From positions 1 through 43,083 of the IMG/VR virus record IMGVR_UViG_3300037247_000567: a DNA stretch of 43,083 nt. One strand, given 5' to 3'. The translations under genes were made by a program, and so were the position numbers. The DNA comes from a virus. Positions 1 to 9,615 of this stretch are shown piece by piece; the stretch's first letter is position 1; each line of letters opens with the position of its first letter. A model generated the notes under the pieces. The model worked only from the letters and a program-made list of their open reading frames with translations, had not been told where the DNA came from and searched no databases.

Positions 1-127
1 CATTACGTGGTGGGGAGGAAGGCGGAGGGACATTGGCGGGCATAGGGGAGGCCAAGGATTTCTTTGGGCGGCTCGTTGACCCCCTTCTGCCCCAAGGTGG
101 TATCCCAGGCGGGTTTAAGCCTCGCCC
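1..127. repeat. Terminal overlap: bases 1-127 are identical to 42957-43083. The genome is circularly closed or terminally redundant, with a unique length of 42,956 bp.
   Basis: Base-by-base comparison of both window ends (cattacgtggtgggg...gggtttaagcctcgccc at each end). Confidence 0.95.
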
Positions 128-3100
128 CAAGGGAATGAAGCCAGGGGCTAGGGTCACAGGACTCGCCCAGGACGGGGAACAGATTGAGGGTACGCTGATT
201 CAGGTAGCGGGTGAAAAGGCCATCATCCGTGACGCTTCGGGAACTGTGCGACCTGTGACCGCGCCTGAATTAGTAGCGGTGGCCACTGAAGGAGGAGTGG
301 GCGCTCGTTTAGGGGAGCGCCTGAAAGACATAGGCCGCGACTTTCGCTTTGGGCCTAGTTCGCGTACCGCTGTTCCTTCGCTTGACCCGTCCGTCCAGAA
401 GTTCGTCAAAGTCTTAAGGACGGCGAAACCCACGCAGAAGACCCTGAAGGCGGAGCGAGCGACTGAATTGGGTCGGAGAGCGGCGAAGGGTCGTGTCCCG
501 TTTGAGGCAGAGGCGAGGACGCCAGAGGAAGCGTTGGCGGGTCTCAGGGGTGCCCAGAAAGGCAAACTGCCAGCGCCGCCTGAGTTTGAGGTAACGCTTG
601 TTCCTGGTAAGTTCCCGAAGGTGGAACAAGCACAGCGGGCTCTCACGACAGGGCGTATAAAGGGTAAGCCTATTACACCAGCACAACGGGAGCTGTTTGA
701 GTCTATCGTTGAGGGCCGAGTCGAACCCATAGAGAGAGTAACAGGCGTCTTGAAGGACGCCTTCACCCAGGAAGAGGTGACTAACTTCATCAACATCGCC
801 CGTTTCTCCCCCGCACTAGACCGCGAAGTATTCACCAGGGCTAACGTCCTCGAAAGCCTGTTGGGTTCTCTGGAGAAGAAGGGCATCCTATTCGGGCGAC
901 TTCCGACTCCTGGGGAATTGAAGAATCTCGAACGTGTTTACGGTGCGGAGTTCGCCCGTGAGCTTCAGAAACTCCGGCCCTTCGGTGAACGGTTCTGGCG
1001 GCTGACGCTGGACGCCCTTAACATCCCGCGTTCCTTCTTGGCGGCGTTCGACCTCTCGTTCCCGTTCCGGCAGGGCGTGTTCGCGTTTGCGCGGCACCCT
1101 AAAGAGTTCTTCGGCAACCTTCCCGCTATGTTGCGAGCTGCTAAGAACCCTGAGTTTGCGGAGCAGATGGTGGCTGCGATTAAGGCTGACAAGACATTGA
1201 TACAGACCACTGAAGGGTTCCGCCCCCTCAACGAATTGATGGAGGAAGCCAGATTGTTCTTGCCCGACGTTTCGGGCACGGAAGCGTTTGAGGCACGGGC
1301 TGAGGAGTTCCTTTCGACACTGGCTCACCGCATTCCTGGGGTTGGGTTCTCTGAACGAGGATTCATCGCTTACGGCGACAAACTGCGTGCAGACATTTTC
1401 CGCAATACTCTTCAGTCTTGGGCGCGACAGGCCAAGCCCGCGACCGCTGACGAGATTGCTGACCTGGGGATTATGCTGAACGTCCTGACGGGCCGAGGGA
1501 ACCTTCCGCCCGAACTTGCCAAGAGCCTGTCGTTTGGCTTCTTCGCGCCCCGCTTCGCGGCATCGAGGCCGCAACTGTTCTTGGCTGCGACCATCAATAA
1601 CATCCCAGGGGCTAGGAGAGTGACGGGTACGCTCCTGGGCGCTCCTGGGCAGACAACCAGAGTAGCGCGACTCGCCACACAAGAACTTGTGACCTCAGTG
1701 AGTGCGGGGCTGGCGATACTGGGCCTGGTTAAACTGTCGGGTGCGGGAGACGTGGAACTTGACCCACGGTCTAGCGACTTCGGGAAAATAAAGATTGGCA
1801 AAACCCGCATCGACTTCTGGGGCGGTGCGCGGCCTTGGGCGACGATGATTGCCCGGATGATTACGGGCAAGAGCAAGTCGGTGACGGGCGAGTTCGACAT
1901 TACTCGCCTGAGTACGCTGGGAAGATTCGGACGGAGTAAACTGGCCCCGCCTGCGGCGCTGATTGTTGACGTAGTTGCTGGCGAGACGGCTATCGGAGAA
2001 GAGATCGGAACCACGGGAGATATACTCCGCCGAACTCTCCCCCTCGCCATACAGGACGTTGCGGACGCGGTGATACAGGAAGGGCTGACGCAGGGACTAT
2101 TGTCTCCGTTAGCGTTTCTGGGAGTGGGATTCCAGACCTACGAGACCATTGGCGAAAAGAAGAAGAAGGCGTTTGAGGAAGCCTTCCCCGACCGGACTTA
2201 CGAGGCCACCCCAGACGACAACCGCCTCGTGCGGGGGGCCATCGAAGAGGACAACAACAAAGACGCTCTAGAGGAAGCCTTCCAGCCCTCTCCTGAACAG
2301 ATGGAGACGGAGGAGGCTAGGGTGGCGCAGGCACAGGAATTGGGCCTGTTTACACTGGCGCAGGGAGTTGAGGAGTTACGGGGTCAGAGCCCAGAGGCAA
2401 TACTGACAGGCAATAACAATTCTGGCCCAGAGTTTGCCGACGTGTGGGTGGACTACCTGGACAGGATTTCGGGCGCGATATTTGAGGCCACGTTCGGCAA
2501 GGAAAAAAGAGGAAGCCCAGAGTATCTCGCTTGGCGGGACATCAAACTTCAGCGTGATCCCATCACCCGTGAGCCTTTGTGGGACGAGTTCTTCGCGGCG
2601 AAGGACGCCGCCCTTGCGAAGCTCGACCCCCGCCTACAGCGGGCATTGGATTTGGTGGACGCCCCAGGTGACGACCCCACACTACAGAAAGCGGTGGAGG
2701 ACTTCTACGCCGCCCGTGACAAGAGACGGGAACTGTTCGACATCCCTCGTTGGACGGATATTGGGGCTGCTGAACAGCAACAGATTGAGGAAGTCCACGA
2801 GCTTGTGGAGCGTAAGCGAACTGAACTTGCCTTCCAAGGCTTCGGGGATATTCCCGCTGGTGAAATATATAACATCGTTCAAGAGGAAAACGGCATCCCA
2901 GAACCTCTAATGGCCTTGGCGTTCGACCTTCGGCCAGGAACCAGCTTTGCTGACCAGTCTCGTAACCCTGAATACGACTCAACGTTGCTCGCCTCAACGG
3001 GGGCGCTGTTACCGTTCTTTCCCGATATGTTCAGACGACGCGAGATTCAGGCGGCACTAGGGTCGGGGGCGGAGAGTTTCGTGCCCATCAATTCACTGGC

Positions 3101-3182
3101 CGCAGACCCCACAAACACACTCGCGGCAGAGCCAACCATTTCAGAAAGTTTTGTTCCCTTAGAGGCATTAGCTGCGAGATAG
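3..3182 (+). CDS. 3' part (about 1,060 codons) of a junction-spanning virion-associated protein of about 1,302 codons. Same gene as 42230..43083.
   Basis: The frame is open from base 3, upstream of the track Met at 33. Residues LRGGEEGGGTLAGIGEAKDFF are encoded at both window ends. The gene lies between portal and scaffold genes. It has hydrophobic Ala/Gly/Leu-rich central segments and an acidic C-terminal third. TAG stop at 3180-3182. Confidence 0.85.
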   Translation, partial: LRGGEEGGGTLAGIGEAKDFFGRLVDPLLPQGGIPGGFKPRPKGMKPGARVTGLAQDGEQIEGTLIQVAGEKAIIRDASGTVRPVTAPELVAVATEGGVGARLGERLKDIGRDFRFGPSSRTAVPSLDPSVQKFVKVLRTAKPTQKTLKAERATELGRRAAKGRVPFEAEARTPEEALAGLRGAQKGKLPAPPEFEVTLVPGKFPKVEQAQRALTTGRIKGKPITPAQRELFESIVEGRVEPIERVTGVLKDAFTQEEVTNFINIARFSPALDREVFTRANVLESLLGSLEKKGILFGRLPTPGELKNLERVYGAEFARELQKLRPFGERFWRLTLDALNIPRSFLAAFDLSFPFRQGVFAFARHPKEFFGNLPAMLRAAKNPEFAEQMVAAIKADKTLIQTTEGFRPLNELMEEARLFLPDVSGTEAFEARAEEFLSTLAHRIPGVGFSERGFIAYGDKLRADIFRNTLQSWARQAKPATADEIADLGIMLNVLTGRGNLPPELAKSLSFGFFAPRFAASRPQLFLAATINNIPGARRVTGTLLGAPGQTTRVARLATQELVTSVSAGLAILGLVKLSGAGDVELDPRSSDFGKIKIGKTRIDFWGGARPWATMIARMITGKSKSVTGEFDITRLSTLGRFGRSKLAPPAALIVDVVAGETAIGEEIGTTGDILRRTLPLAIQDVADAVIQEGLTQGLLSPLAFLGVGFQTYETIGEKKKKAFEEAFPDRTYEATPDDNRLVRGAIEEDNNKDALEEAFQPSPEQMETEEARVAQAQELGLFTLAQGVEELRGQSPEAILTGNNNSGPEFADVWVDYLDRISGAIFEATFGKEKRGSPEYLAWRDIKLQRDPITREPLWDEFFAAKDAALAKLDPRLQRALDLVDAPGDDPTLQKAVEDFYAARDKRRELFDIPRWTDIGAAEQQQIEEVHELVERKRTELAFQGFGDIPAGEIYNIVQEENGIPEPLMALAFDLRPGTSFADQSRNPEYDSTLLASTGALLPFFPDMFRRREIQAALGSGAESFVPINSLAADPTNTLAAEPTISESFVPLEALAAR

Positions 3183-3194
3183 GAAGGATGAACA

Positions 3195-4634
3195 ATGGGA
3201 CATATCTCTGAAAGCGTAGCTGGATTTATAGGTGGCAATACACTCGGCAATCTGGGTGCCCCTGTCGGGCCAACGAGTGGCGGGCCGACTACCGGGCAGG
3301 TTCTGTCTAAGTTCTTCGATGCCCAAGGGAACCAACTCTTCGTTGACGAGATTGCGAATCAACAGTTCGTTCAGGACGCAAACGGTATATTCTATGTTCC
3401 CCGTTTTGACGGTCGCGGCCAATTCCAGGGTGTTGAATTGGCTTCCGCTTCACAGCAAGACATTATCAACGAAGCCCTCAACCCTACCGCCCCCGCAGGC
3501 CGCGCCCCTCCCTCCTTCGGCTCCACTCAGGCCGCACAGACACAGGCTGAGACGTTTGCACGGGAGCAGGCCGCGATACTCGCTCAGGCAAGGAAAGACG
3601 AACTGGCGGTTGCCGAGGCCCAGGCTGAACTAGACCGCCTCATCGGAGAGCGCGAAACGAAGCTCGGTATCGCCCGCGACATCATCGCCCAGAAAGAGGC
3701 GTCGGCACGAGAGGCCAGGGGCCAGGGACTTGAGTTCGCGGGTGAAGATATCTTCCGGTTCACCGCCGGAATACGTGGCGGGCGGGTAGCGTCGGGTGTC
3801 CATACTCCCGCCGATGTATTCCGTGGCGAACTTCAGCGGGCCGGGTCGTTCCAAGCCCCTGACTTGCAACAATTTGCCGGGGGGCAAACGGCGGGCGAGC
3901 TGGGTGTTGACATCGACGCTCTCGATAGCGTTCTTGCCAAGCTAGGCACAGACCAGGGCGTCCCGACATCGTTCGGGTTCGCCCACGGCGGCACCCTCTC
4001 TCCTGGGGGAGTTCTCGGCGGTGGCGGAGGCGATGGTTCTCAGGCCGTCCGTATTGGCGAAGAAGGGCCAGAAATCCTCATCCTTCGTCCTGACGGTAGT
4101 GTCGAGGTGGTGCCGATGGCTGGTAGCGCCGCTCACGGGGGAAGGTTCAGCGCGGAGTCGCTAGGCGGCTTCCAGTCACTCTTCCAGAACCTCCGTTCGT
4201 CTGTGGGGCTTCAGCCCGGCGCGTTGACGGCCAGCACTGGGAGGGGGATATTGTCAGATACGGCACGCAGCCGTCTAGGCATCGCCCCACGCGGCTTCGA
4301 GCCCCAAATCACGGGCCGAGCCCCGGCCTTCCAGGCCATCGGGCGTAGTCTTACCAATGTGAAGCCGGGTGCGTTTCAAGCACTACGCGCTGCACACCCT
4401 AACCTGTCGAGACAAGACGCTCGCGCTCAGGCGCTACAGTTACAGCGGACGATAGGGTTGCTCCCAGCGCCGCACAAGATACCGCCACTGTTCTTTGCTG
4501 GCTTGGTTCCAGCAGAACAGAAGGCGCTAGTTAGCGCCTACCGCTTCGCGGGGTTCCCAGAGAGTGACTTCAGGCACCTTTTGACGGTAACTCAACTTTC
4601 CGCTAATCCTGTGGCAGCGACCGCTGTAGGGTAA
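3195..4634 (+). CDS. Virion internal/ejection-like protein, function unknown (479 aa)
   Basis: Long ORF with a GGAAGGA RBS upstream. Coiled-coil-like segment QAETFAREQAAILAQARKDELAVAEAQAELDRL, then a Gly-rich tract and GEEGPEILILRP. Located between the giant gene and scaffold. Confidence 0.7.
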   Translation: MGHISESVAGFIGGNTLGNLGAPVGPTSGGPTTGQVLSKFFDAQGNQLFVDEIANQQFVQDANGIFYVPRFDGRGQFQGVELASASQQDIINEALNPTAPAGRAPPSFGSTQAAQTQAETFAREQAAILAQARKDELAVAEAQAELDRLIGERETKLGIARDIIAQKEASAREARGQGLEFAGEDIFRFTAGIRGGRVASGVHTPADVFRGELQRAGSFQAPDLQQFAGGQTAGELGVDIDALDSVLAKLGTDQGVPTSFGFAHGGTLSPGGVLGGGGGDGSQAVRIGEEGPEILILRPDGSVEVVPMAGSAAHGGRFSAESLGGFQSLFQNLRSSVGLQPGALTASTGRGILSDTARSRLGIAPRGFEPQITGRAPAFQAIGRSLTNVKPGAFQALRAAHPNLSRQDARAQALQLQRTIGLLPAPHKIPPLFFAGLVPAEQKALVSAYRFAGFPESDFRHLLTVTQLSANPVAATAVG

Positions 4635-4653
4635 ACAATCCATCACAAAATGT

Positions 4654-4676
4654 GCGCCCTGAGATGGGCGCTTTTT
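4654..4676 (+). terminator. Rho-independent terminator-like hairpin inside the structural operon
   Basis: GCGCCC (4654-4659), loop TGAGAT, GGGCGC (4666-4671), then TTTTT (4672-4676). It lies 20 nt after the TAA at 4632-4634. Confidence 0.7.
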
Positions 4677-4689
4677 GATTGGAGGAGAC

Positions 4690-5556
4690 ATGGAAGACGA
4701 CACGGCTGCAACGACAGCCCAAGAGCCTGGAGCGACGCAGGGATTTGAGGCCGCTGCTGAAGCGGCTGCGAAGACTGCGGAGCCCGCCCCGACGCAAGAA
4801 GGGACGGTGACGGGCGAGGGCGCGGAGGAGCTAAAGGTTCCCAGCACATTTGAGGAGTTTGAGAGTTCCGAGCGGCACCAGACTGCGCTCGCGGGAGCGC
4901 GGACGGCGGCGGTCGAAGAGGCCAAGCCCGACTTTCTCCGTGAAGCGAAGTCGGCTGCCTATAGGGAGTTCGACTCCTCTCACCAGCGGGTAGAGGCCCA
5001 TATAGCAACTCTAGCCCAGACTGGGCAGGCGATGAGCGGCGCTTGGTCGGATGCGCTTGATGATTTCGCCCAAAAGGGCGGTGACTCGAAAGAGCTTCAA
5101 CGTGTCTTGCGAGGCGTCATGCGTGAGAACCCTGGATGGGCCGAGGCGGTCAATAGCTCAATGTATGGGCAAGGCCAAGACGCGGCCCTACGGAAACTAG
5201 CTGACGAGTCAGGCGATCCCAGCCTTCTGTCGGACGTTTATCTCAGGCTGAGGAACGACCCAAGTATGGGAGATGCGGGGTTCGCCCGCGAAATCCTCGA
5301 CCGACTGACTGAGGCCCGAACCGGTGGCCGAATCAAAGAGGCCGTCGAAAAGGCCGTCAAGCCGAAGGACGAGGAGATCGCAAGGCTCACGGCCAGCCTG
5401 AACCAACTCAAGGGGCAGAGTCGCGAGGGGCCGGAAAGACTACCTGGGAGTGCCGGGGGCGGAAAACGGTATTCACAACTAACGCCAGATGAGCGTCGTG
5501 CTATGTCTAGTAAAGAGATCGACGCGATGCTGGCACGAGAAAGAGGAGAAAAATAG
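4690..5556 (+). CDS. Scaffolding-like protein (288 aa)
   Basis: ATG 4690 is preceded by GGAGGAG. The track start 4675 is a TTG inside the terminator U-tract. The protein is acidic, Ala/Glu-rich and helical-looking, and sits immediately upstream of the capsid gene. Confidence 0.6.
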   Translation: MEDDTAATTAQEPGATQGFEAAAEAAAKTAEPAPTQEGTVTGEGAEELKVPSTFEEFESSERHQTALAGARTAAVEEAKPDFLREAKSAAYREFDSSHQRVEAHIATLAQTGQAMSGAWSDALDDFAQKGGDSKELQRVLRGVMRENPGWAEAVNSSMYGQGQDAALRKLADESGDPSLLSDVYLRLRNDPSMGDAGFAREILDRLTEARTGGRIKEAVEKAVKPKDEEIARLTASLNQLKGQSREGPERLPGSAGGGKRYSQLTPDERRAMSSKEIDAMLARERGEK

Positions 5557-6447
5557 ATGGCAGTCAATACAGTAAATGTAGGAACAGCAGCTAACTGGAT
5601 ACCTGAAAACTGGCATCCAGAACTGTCGGACGCGGTTCAGGCCCATGTTGGGCTCGCCGACTTGGTTGACCGCTCGTTCGACAGCACGATGAAAAACGGC
5701 GACATTCTCCGTATCAGCGACAGGGCAAACCTTGCCGTTCGGGGAAAGTCAGCCGACACCACGGCTACGTGGTCGAACGTCACCGAGACACAACAGAACA
5801 TCACTATCAACCGGCAGGTGTACAACGCCTTCCTGGTTGAGAACATCGCGGAGCTTCAGTCACAACACGCCGTCAGGTCGGAGTACACCAACAACATCGC
5901 CTATTCCCTGATGTCGTTTGTTGAGGGAGACCTGACTTCGGGGCTGGCGTCTCTTCCCAATAGTTTCTCGCAGCTTGTCGGCGCGTTGGGTTCCGACCCG
6001 ACCACCGATAACATGATTCGCTCAGTCCAGTACCTAGACGACGCGGACGTGCCGGAAAGCGAAAGGTTCTTCTATATGAGCCCCGGCACTCACGCTGCGC
6101 TGTTGAAGCAGGACGTGTTCATCAACGCCGACTACGGCCCCGCTGGGGGTGTCACGACAGGTCGGATTACCAAGCCCGTCTTCGGGGCGACAGTTCACGT
6201 CTCCACGCTGGCGAGCAACAACCCCTCCACGTCGGGGCAGTCCTACTCGTGGTTCTGCCACAAGAGAGGCGTGGCGCTCATCATGCAACAGATGCCTGAC
6301 ATCCAGAGCCACTGGATTCCGCTGGAGTTTGGCTGGGGCACCACAGCAGACGTGATCTACCAGTTCGCTGAGAGGCTGATCCTGCCTAAGACGGCGGCAT
6401 CCACGTCCCCGAACGACAACTTCAACGTCACCGTGAGAGGGCCATAG
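5557..6447 (+). CDS. Major capsid protein (HK97-fold type inferred)
   Basis: 296 aa with an AGAGGAG RBS. It starts right after the scaffold TAG. Size, position and sequence character fit a major capsid protein. Not verified by search. Confidence 0.7.
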   Translation: MAVNTVNVGTAANWIPENWHPELSDAVQAHVGLADLVDRSFDSTMKNGDILRISDRANLAVRGKSADTTATWSNVTETQQNITINRQVYNAFLVENIAELQSQHAVRSEYTNNIAYSLMSFVEGDLTSGLASLPNSFSQLVGALGSDPTTDNMIRSVQYLDDADVPESERFFYMSPGTHAALLKQDVFINADYGPAGGVTTGRITKPVFGATVHVSTLASNNPSTSGQSYSWFCHKRGVALIMQQMPDIQSHWIPLEFGWGTTADVIYQFAERLILPKTAASTSPNDNFNVTVRGP

Positions 6448-6977
6448 TGCCTTCAGTTCAGGTCAAGCCTGGGAAGATTTATCACCCTCTGTCTTTGACC
6501 TGCAAGTTTCCGGTGGACACTGACCTTGTGTTGGACTGTCAGCGCCTGGGAGGGAAACCCTATCGGGGCACCCTCATCGGAAAGATGCCAGAGCTGCATC
6601 CATTCGTACAGCTCAAGAACCGCGTGATGTCGCAGACGAAGGAGTTTGTGCGGCACATGAAAAGCAAGGGTTATATACCCCAGCAGGCAGAGACCGAAAT
6701 GGAACTGTGGGGGCCGTTTCGGGAGAAGTTCGATATGGAGAAGGCATCCCAACTCGTCAATTTCGAGGAAGGTAATCCCTTCATCCCACAGGGACATTTC
6801 GGCTCTGCCGCGCATGGGGGCTGGCAGTCTGATGGGGTTATCGGCCCCAGAGTGCTGGACAAAGACCTTCTGCGAGACCACCAAGACTGGCGATGGGGAG
6901 TCATCTTCATCGTCAGGGGACACTTTTTAGCCACCAGAGGACACGAGAGCGAAGACACAGGAGGTTTGATCGTATGA
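6447..6977 (+). CDS. Head-module protein, function unknown (176 aa)
   Basis: GTG start overlaps the capsid TAG stop (taGTG). Long co-oriented ORF. Confidence 0.7.
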   Translation: MPSVQVKPGKIYHPLSLTCKFPVDTDLVLDCQRLGGKPYRGTLIGKMPELHPFVQLKNRVMSQTKEFVRHMKSKGYIPQQAETEMELWGPFREKFDMEKASQLVNFEEGNPFIPQGHFGSAAHGGWQSDGVIGPRVLDKDLLRDHQDWRWGVIFIVRGHFLATRGHESEDTGGLIV

Positions 6978-7705
6978 CGCAGGCACCGACAACAGGCTCG
7001 ATGGGAACGGGCAAGAGAGACGAGCGGGTGATCTACTATCGCAAACCGAGTAATGGAGGGCCTGAAGACGGCTGGATCGTCTGGGGCGACTCGGAATCCG
7101 GCACCAAGCTGCGGGATAGAGCTATCTTGGGCTTCCAGCCCCTCTTTGACTACGGGGCCATCACTGGCTACATGGACAGGGAGCAGAAAATCCCCGACCC
7201 AGGGAGCGTCTGGGGGCCTATCCTCCGACACCCAAGTGGCCCAGCGGAGTTTCCAATCTCGCAGATCGTAGCGCTACGCTGGCATATCGACCCGCCCATT
7301 CCCGTGAAGTTCCCGCAACTGAACGGGATGAAGATAACCCAGTATCAGTGTCCGGAGTGTTCCCGCGCTCCGTTTGCGGAGCTGAAAGAGGGCGACAAGG
7401 TAGTCCTCTCGGCCATCAAGTCGCTGGGGAATCACCTCACCATCATGCACAAGTGGGACAGGTTGGCCCTTCTGAAGTGGGGAGAGAGAGTTGGTATCGA
7501 CTTTGACGCCATCGACGCCCGTGTAGAGATTCCTTACGAGTACGAAGAGGAGCCGGAAGTCGAGGACGTAGTGGTGGAGACGAAGACGGCCAGCCTGAAT
7601 AGCGATTGTCCGAAGTGTGACTGGACTCCGAAGTCCTCCGCCAAGAGGCCTGACGTAGCGCTCAGGATGCACCTTCAGACTCACCCTGTGGAGGTTTCGG
7701 CATGA
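6974..7705 (+). CDS. Head-module protein with two C2H2-like zinc knuckles (243 aa)
   Basis: ATGA start/stop overlap with the upstream gene; the track start 6893 is judged too early. Motifs CPEC-x24-HLTIMH and CPKC-x17-HLQTH. Acidic linker EYEEEPEVEDVVVE. Confidence 0.7.
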   Translation: MTQAPTTGSMGTGKRDERVIYYRKPSNGGPEDGWIVWGDSESGTKLRDRAILGFQPLFDYGAITGYMDREQKIPDPGSVWGPILRHPSGPAEFPISQIVALRWHIDPPIPVKFPQLNGMKITQYQCPECSRAPFAELKEGDKVVLSAIKSLGNHLTIMHKWDRLALLKWGERVGIDFDAIDARVEIPYEYEEEPEVEDVVVETKTASLNSDCPKCDWTPKSSAKRPDVALRMHLQTHPVEVSA

Positions 7706-7896
7706 CAAAACCAAGGGAACATTGTTGCTGGCTAGATGAGTTGGCCTACAAGAAAGCAGAGAAGACATTGCGGGGCGAAGGTGGCCCGTTCTGTTCGTGT
7801 GCGCAGATTAAATGGATGGAGGCGGTTCCGTATTCGTCATTGGTCTCAGAGCCACGTGAGACGAATGAGCCAGCAGTTCAAATGGAACGGAAGTGA
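7702..7896 (+). CDS. Hypothetical small protein (64 aa, Cys-containing)
   Basis: ATGA overlap with the upstream stop. Co-oriented. Confidence 0.55.
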   Translation: MTKPREHCCWLDELAYKKAEKTLRGEGGPFCSCAQIKWMEAVPYSSLVSEPRETNEPAVQMERK

Positions 7897-8744
7897 CCAA
7901 GCCTAAAGTCTATATCGGCTCCGCTATCTGGCGCTCGGTAGAGCCTCTGCACATGAAGTCGCTCCTCCGCTTGCTTACGAAGAAGGAGGGCGACCCTGGC
8001 CCGACCTATGAGTATTGGCCCCAGACCGGGGACGCTTGCATGGAGAGGGTGCGGGGCATTTCGGCCACGTACTTCCTTCGTCACACTGAGGCCGATGTCC
8101 ACCTCTCGCTGGACTCCGACATCGTGGAGTTCGATAGGGTAGCCATCGACCAGATGTGCGAACAGGCGATGGAGTACGACATCGTGGGTGCGGTGTACAT
8201 CTGCCGCTCCACGGCACGGACGTTCCCAGCGACCTTTTTCAACGACGGAGGGGAGATTGAATTCGCCTTCGATCCGACACCAAAGGCTGTCCAGTGGGTA
8301 GCTACCGGCTGTTTAGCGGTTCATAGAAGGGTGTTCGAGAGGATGGCCGAGGCGATGCCTCTCTTGCACGAGAGGGACGGCAAGAGGGCGTTCTACGACT
8401 TCTACGAGACGATGCACTATGACACAAAGGATATGGGGCTAATCAAGCTGACTGAGGACTATGCCTTCTCACAGAGGGCGAAGGACTTGGGATTCACGTC
8501 CTATATCAACCCCGCTGTGAGGGTGGGACACATGGGGCCTTACGCCTACCGCCTAGAGGACATGGCACAGGTGTTGTTAGAGCCCCAACCCATGAAGCTC
8601 GAACGGCGGGGAACAGTCTGGCGGGTGGATTGCGCTATGAACGAAGACACTTCAAGGAATCAAGGAGGAGAGAGTAGGAAGACTAACCGCGCCGCACGAC
8701 GGCGCGACGAGCGAAACGAGAAAAAGGCACTGACCACTATCTAG
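7893..8744 (+). CDS. GT-A fold (family 2-like) glycosyltransferase
   Basis: GTGA overlap start. DxD-type motif SLDSDIV. ATGCLAVHRRVFERM and TEDYAFSQRAKDLGF...RVGHMG resemble GT2 signatures. Recognised by eye only. Confidence 0.6.
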   Translation: MTKPKVYIGSAIWRSVEPLHMKSLLRLLTKKEGDPGPTYEYWPQTGDACMERVRGISATYFLRHTEADVHLSLDSDIVEFDRVAIDQMCEQAMEYDIVGAVYICRSTARTFPATFFNDGGEIEFAFDPTPKAVQWVATGCLAVHRRVFERMAEAMPLLHERDGKRAFYDFYETMHYDTKDMGLIKLTEDYAFSQRAKDLGFTSYINPAVRVGHMGPYAYRLEDMAQVLLEPQPMKLERRGTVWRVDCAMNEDTSRNQGGESRKTNRAARRRDERNEKKALTTI

Positions 8745-8768
8745 TGGACTACTTGAAAGGAGTAGACA

Positions 8769-9593
8769 ATGCCAGATGGATCAACATACGGAAACCTTCT
8801 TCTACCCAGCGGGTTCCATCACATTCAGCGGTTCGGCCCTTCGCAGAGCGCGTTGGCGCAGTTTTTATACCCCGCCGCGTGGCGGGATGTGATCTTCGTC
8901 CACGACCACTTCACGGGGCCTGCCCTGAACACTCACCTGTGGACAGCGGCGGGCCAGAATGGGACGGACTTTGACCCACCGAGCACTCAGCTCTTGGGCG
9001 GGGTCGCCCAAGCGTCGGTAAACAATGTCGCCCAGGATCAGAACTCCATTCGGTCGGATACGGTGTGGGCGGGGGATAACAACTGTGGTGTAGAGTTCCG
9101 ATGGAAGATAGACAACATCGACACCCTGTTGTTCGAGATGGGGTTCAACGACCCCCTCGGTTCTTACGCCGCTACGGACGATGGGGCTATCGACAACCAT
9201 GACACTCCTACCATCGGCAACAGCGCGACGGACGTGGCGCTGGTGTCGAGGGATTCGGGTGCCTCTCTGACCACCATGCAGTTCGTCACGGACGGCTCCA
9301 CCGCCAGCATGAACACCACGGGCACAAACTTGGGGACACGGACTCCCACCAACGCCGTCTACCAGACGGTACGGGTGCAGCTTACGCAAACCGCATCCGC
9401 TGTCGCCGCCTCCCACGCCTACGTGTTCGACCAGAACGGGGCGCTGCAAGAGGACGCCCAGCATGGTTCCGTTCTCGCCAGCCAGATCAAGGGCGACGTG
9501 TTACTGGAGGCGCGGCTCTACGTCGAAGCCTTAACCACCGCTGCGAGAGTGTGTGACATCGACGCTATCACGATATGGCAGGACTTGGCGTAA
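8769..9593 (+). CDS. Beta-rich protein, possibly ConA/LamG-like jelly roll (274 aa); candidate decoration or substrate protein
   Basis: AAGGAG RBS. The segment DHFTGPALNTHLWTAAG and a Thr/Ser/Asn/Asp-rich beta-type composition. The fold assignment is a guess. Confidence 0.45.
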   Translation: MPDGSTYGNLLLPSGFHHIQRFGPSQSALAQFLYPAAWRDVIFVHDHFTGPALNTHLWTAAGQNGTDFDPPSTQLLGGVAQASVNNVAQDQNSIRSDTVWAGDNNCGVEFRWKIDNIDTLLFEMGFNDPLGSYAATDDGAIDNHDTPTIGNSATDVALVSRDSGASLTTMQFVTDGSTASMNTTGTNLGTRTPTNAVYQTVRVQLTQTASAVAASHAYVFDQNGALQEDAQHGSVLASQIKGDVLLEARLYVEALTTAARVCDIDAITIWQDLA

Positions 9594-9615
9594 TGGAACG
9601 CATAGAGGATGCGCC

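Noticed and set aside
200-2050. Long antisense ORFs (200..886, 888..1682, 1412..2050 and similar) inside the giant + strand gene
   Set aside because: They are Arg/Ser/Pro/Ala-rich shadow ORFs typical of GC-rich DNA, lack an RBS, and are fully embedded antisense in a gene with strong context support. The same reasoning applies to antisense or alternative-frame ORFs within 3195..4634, 12918..17615, terL and portal.
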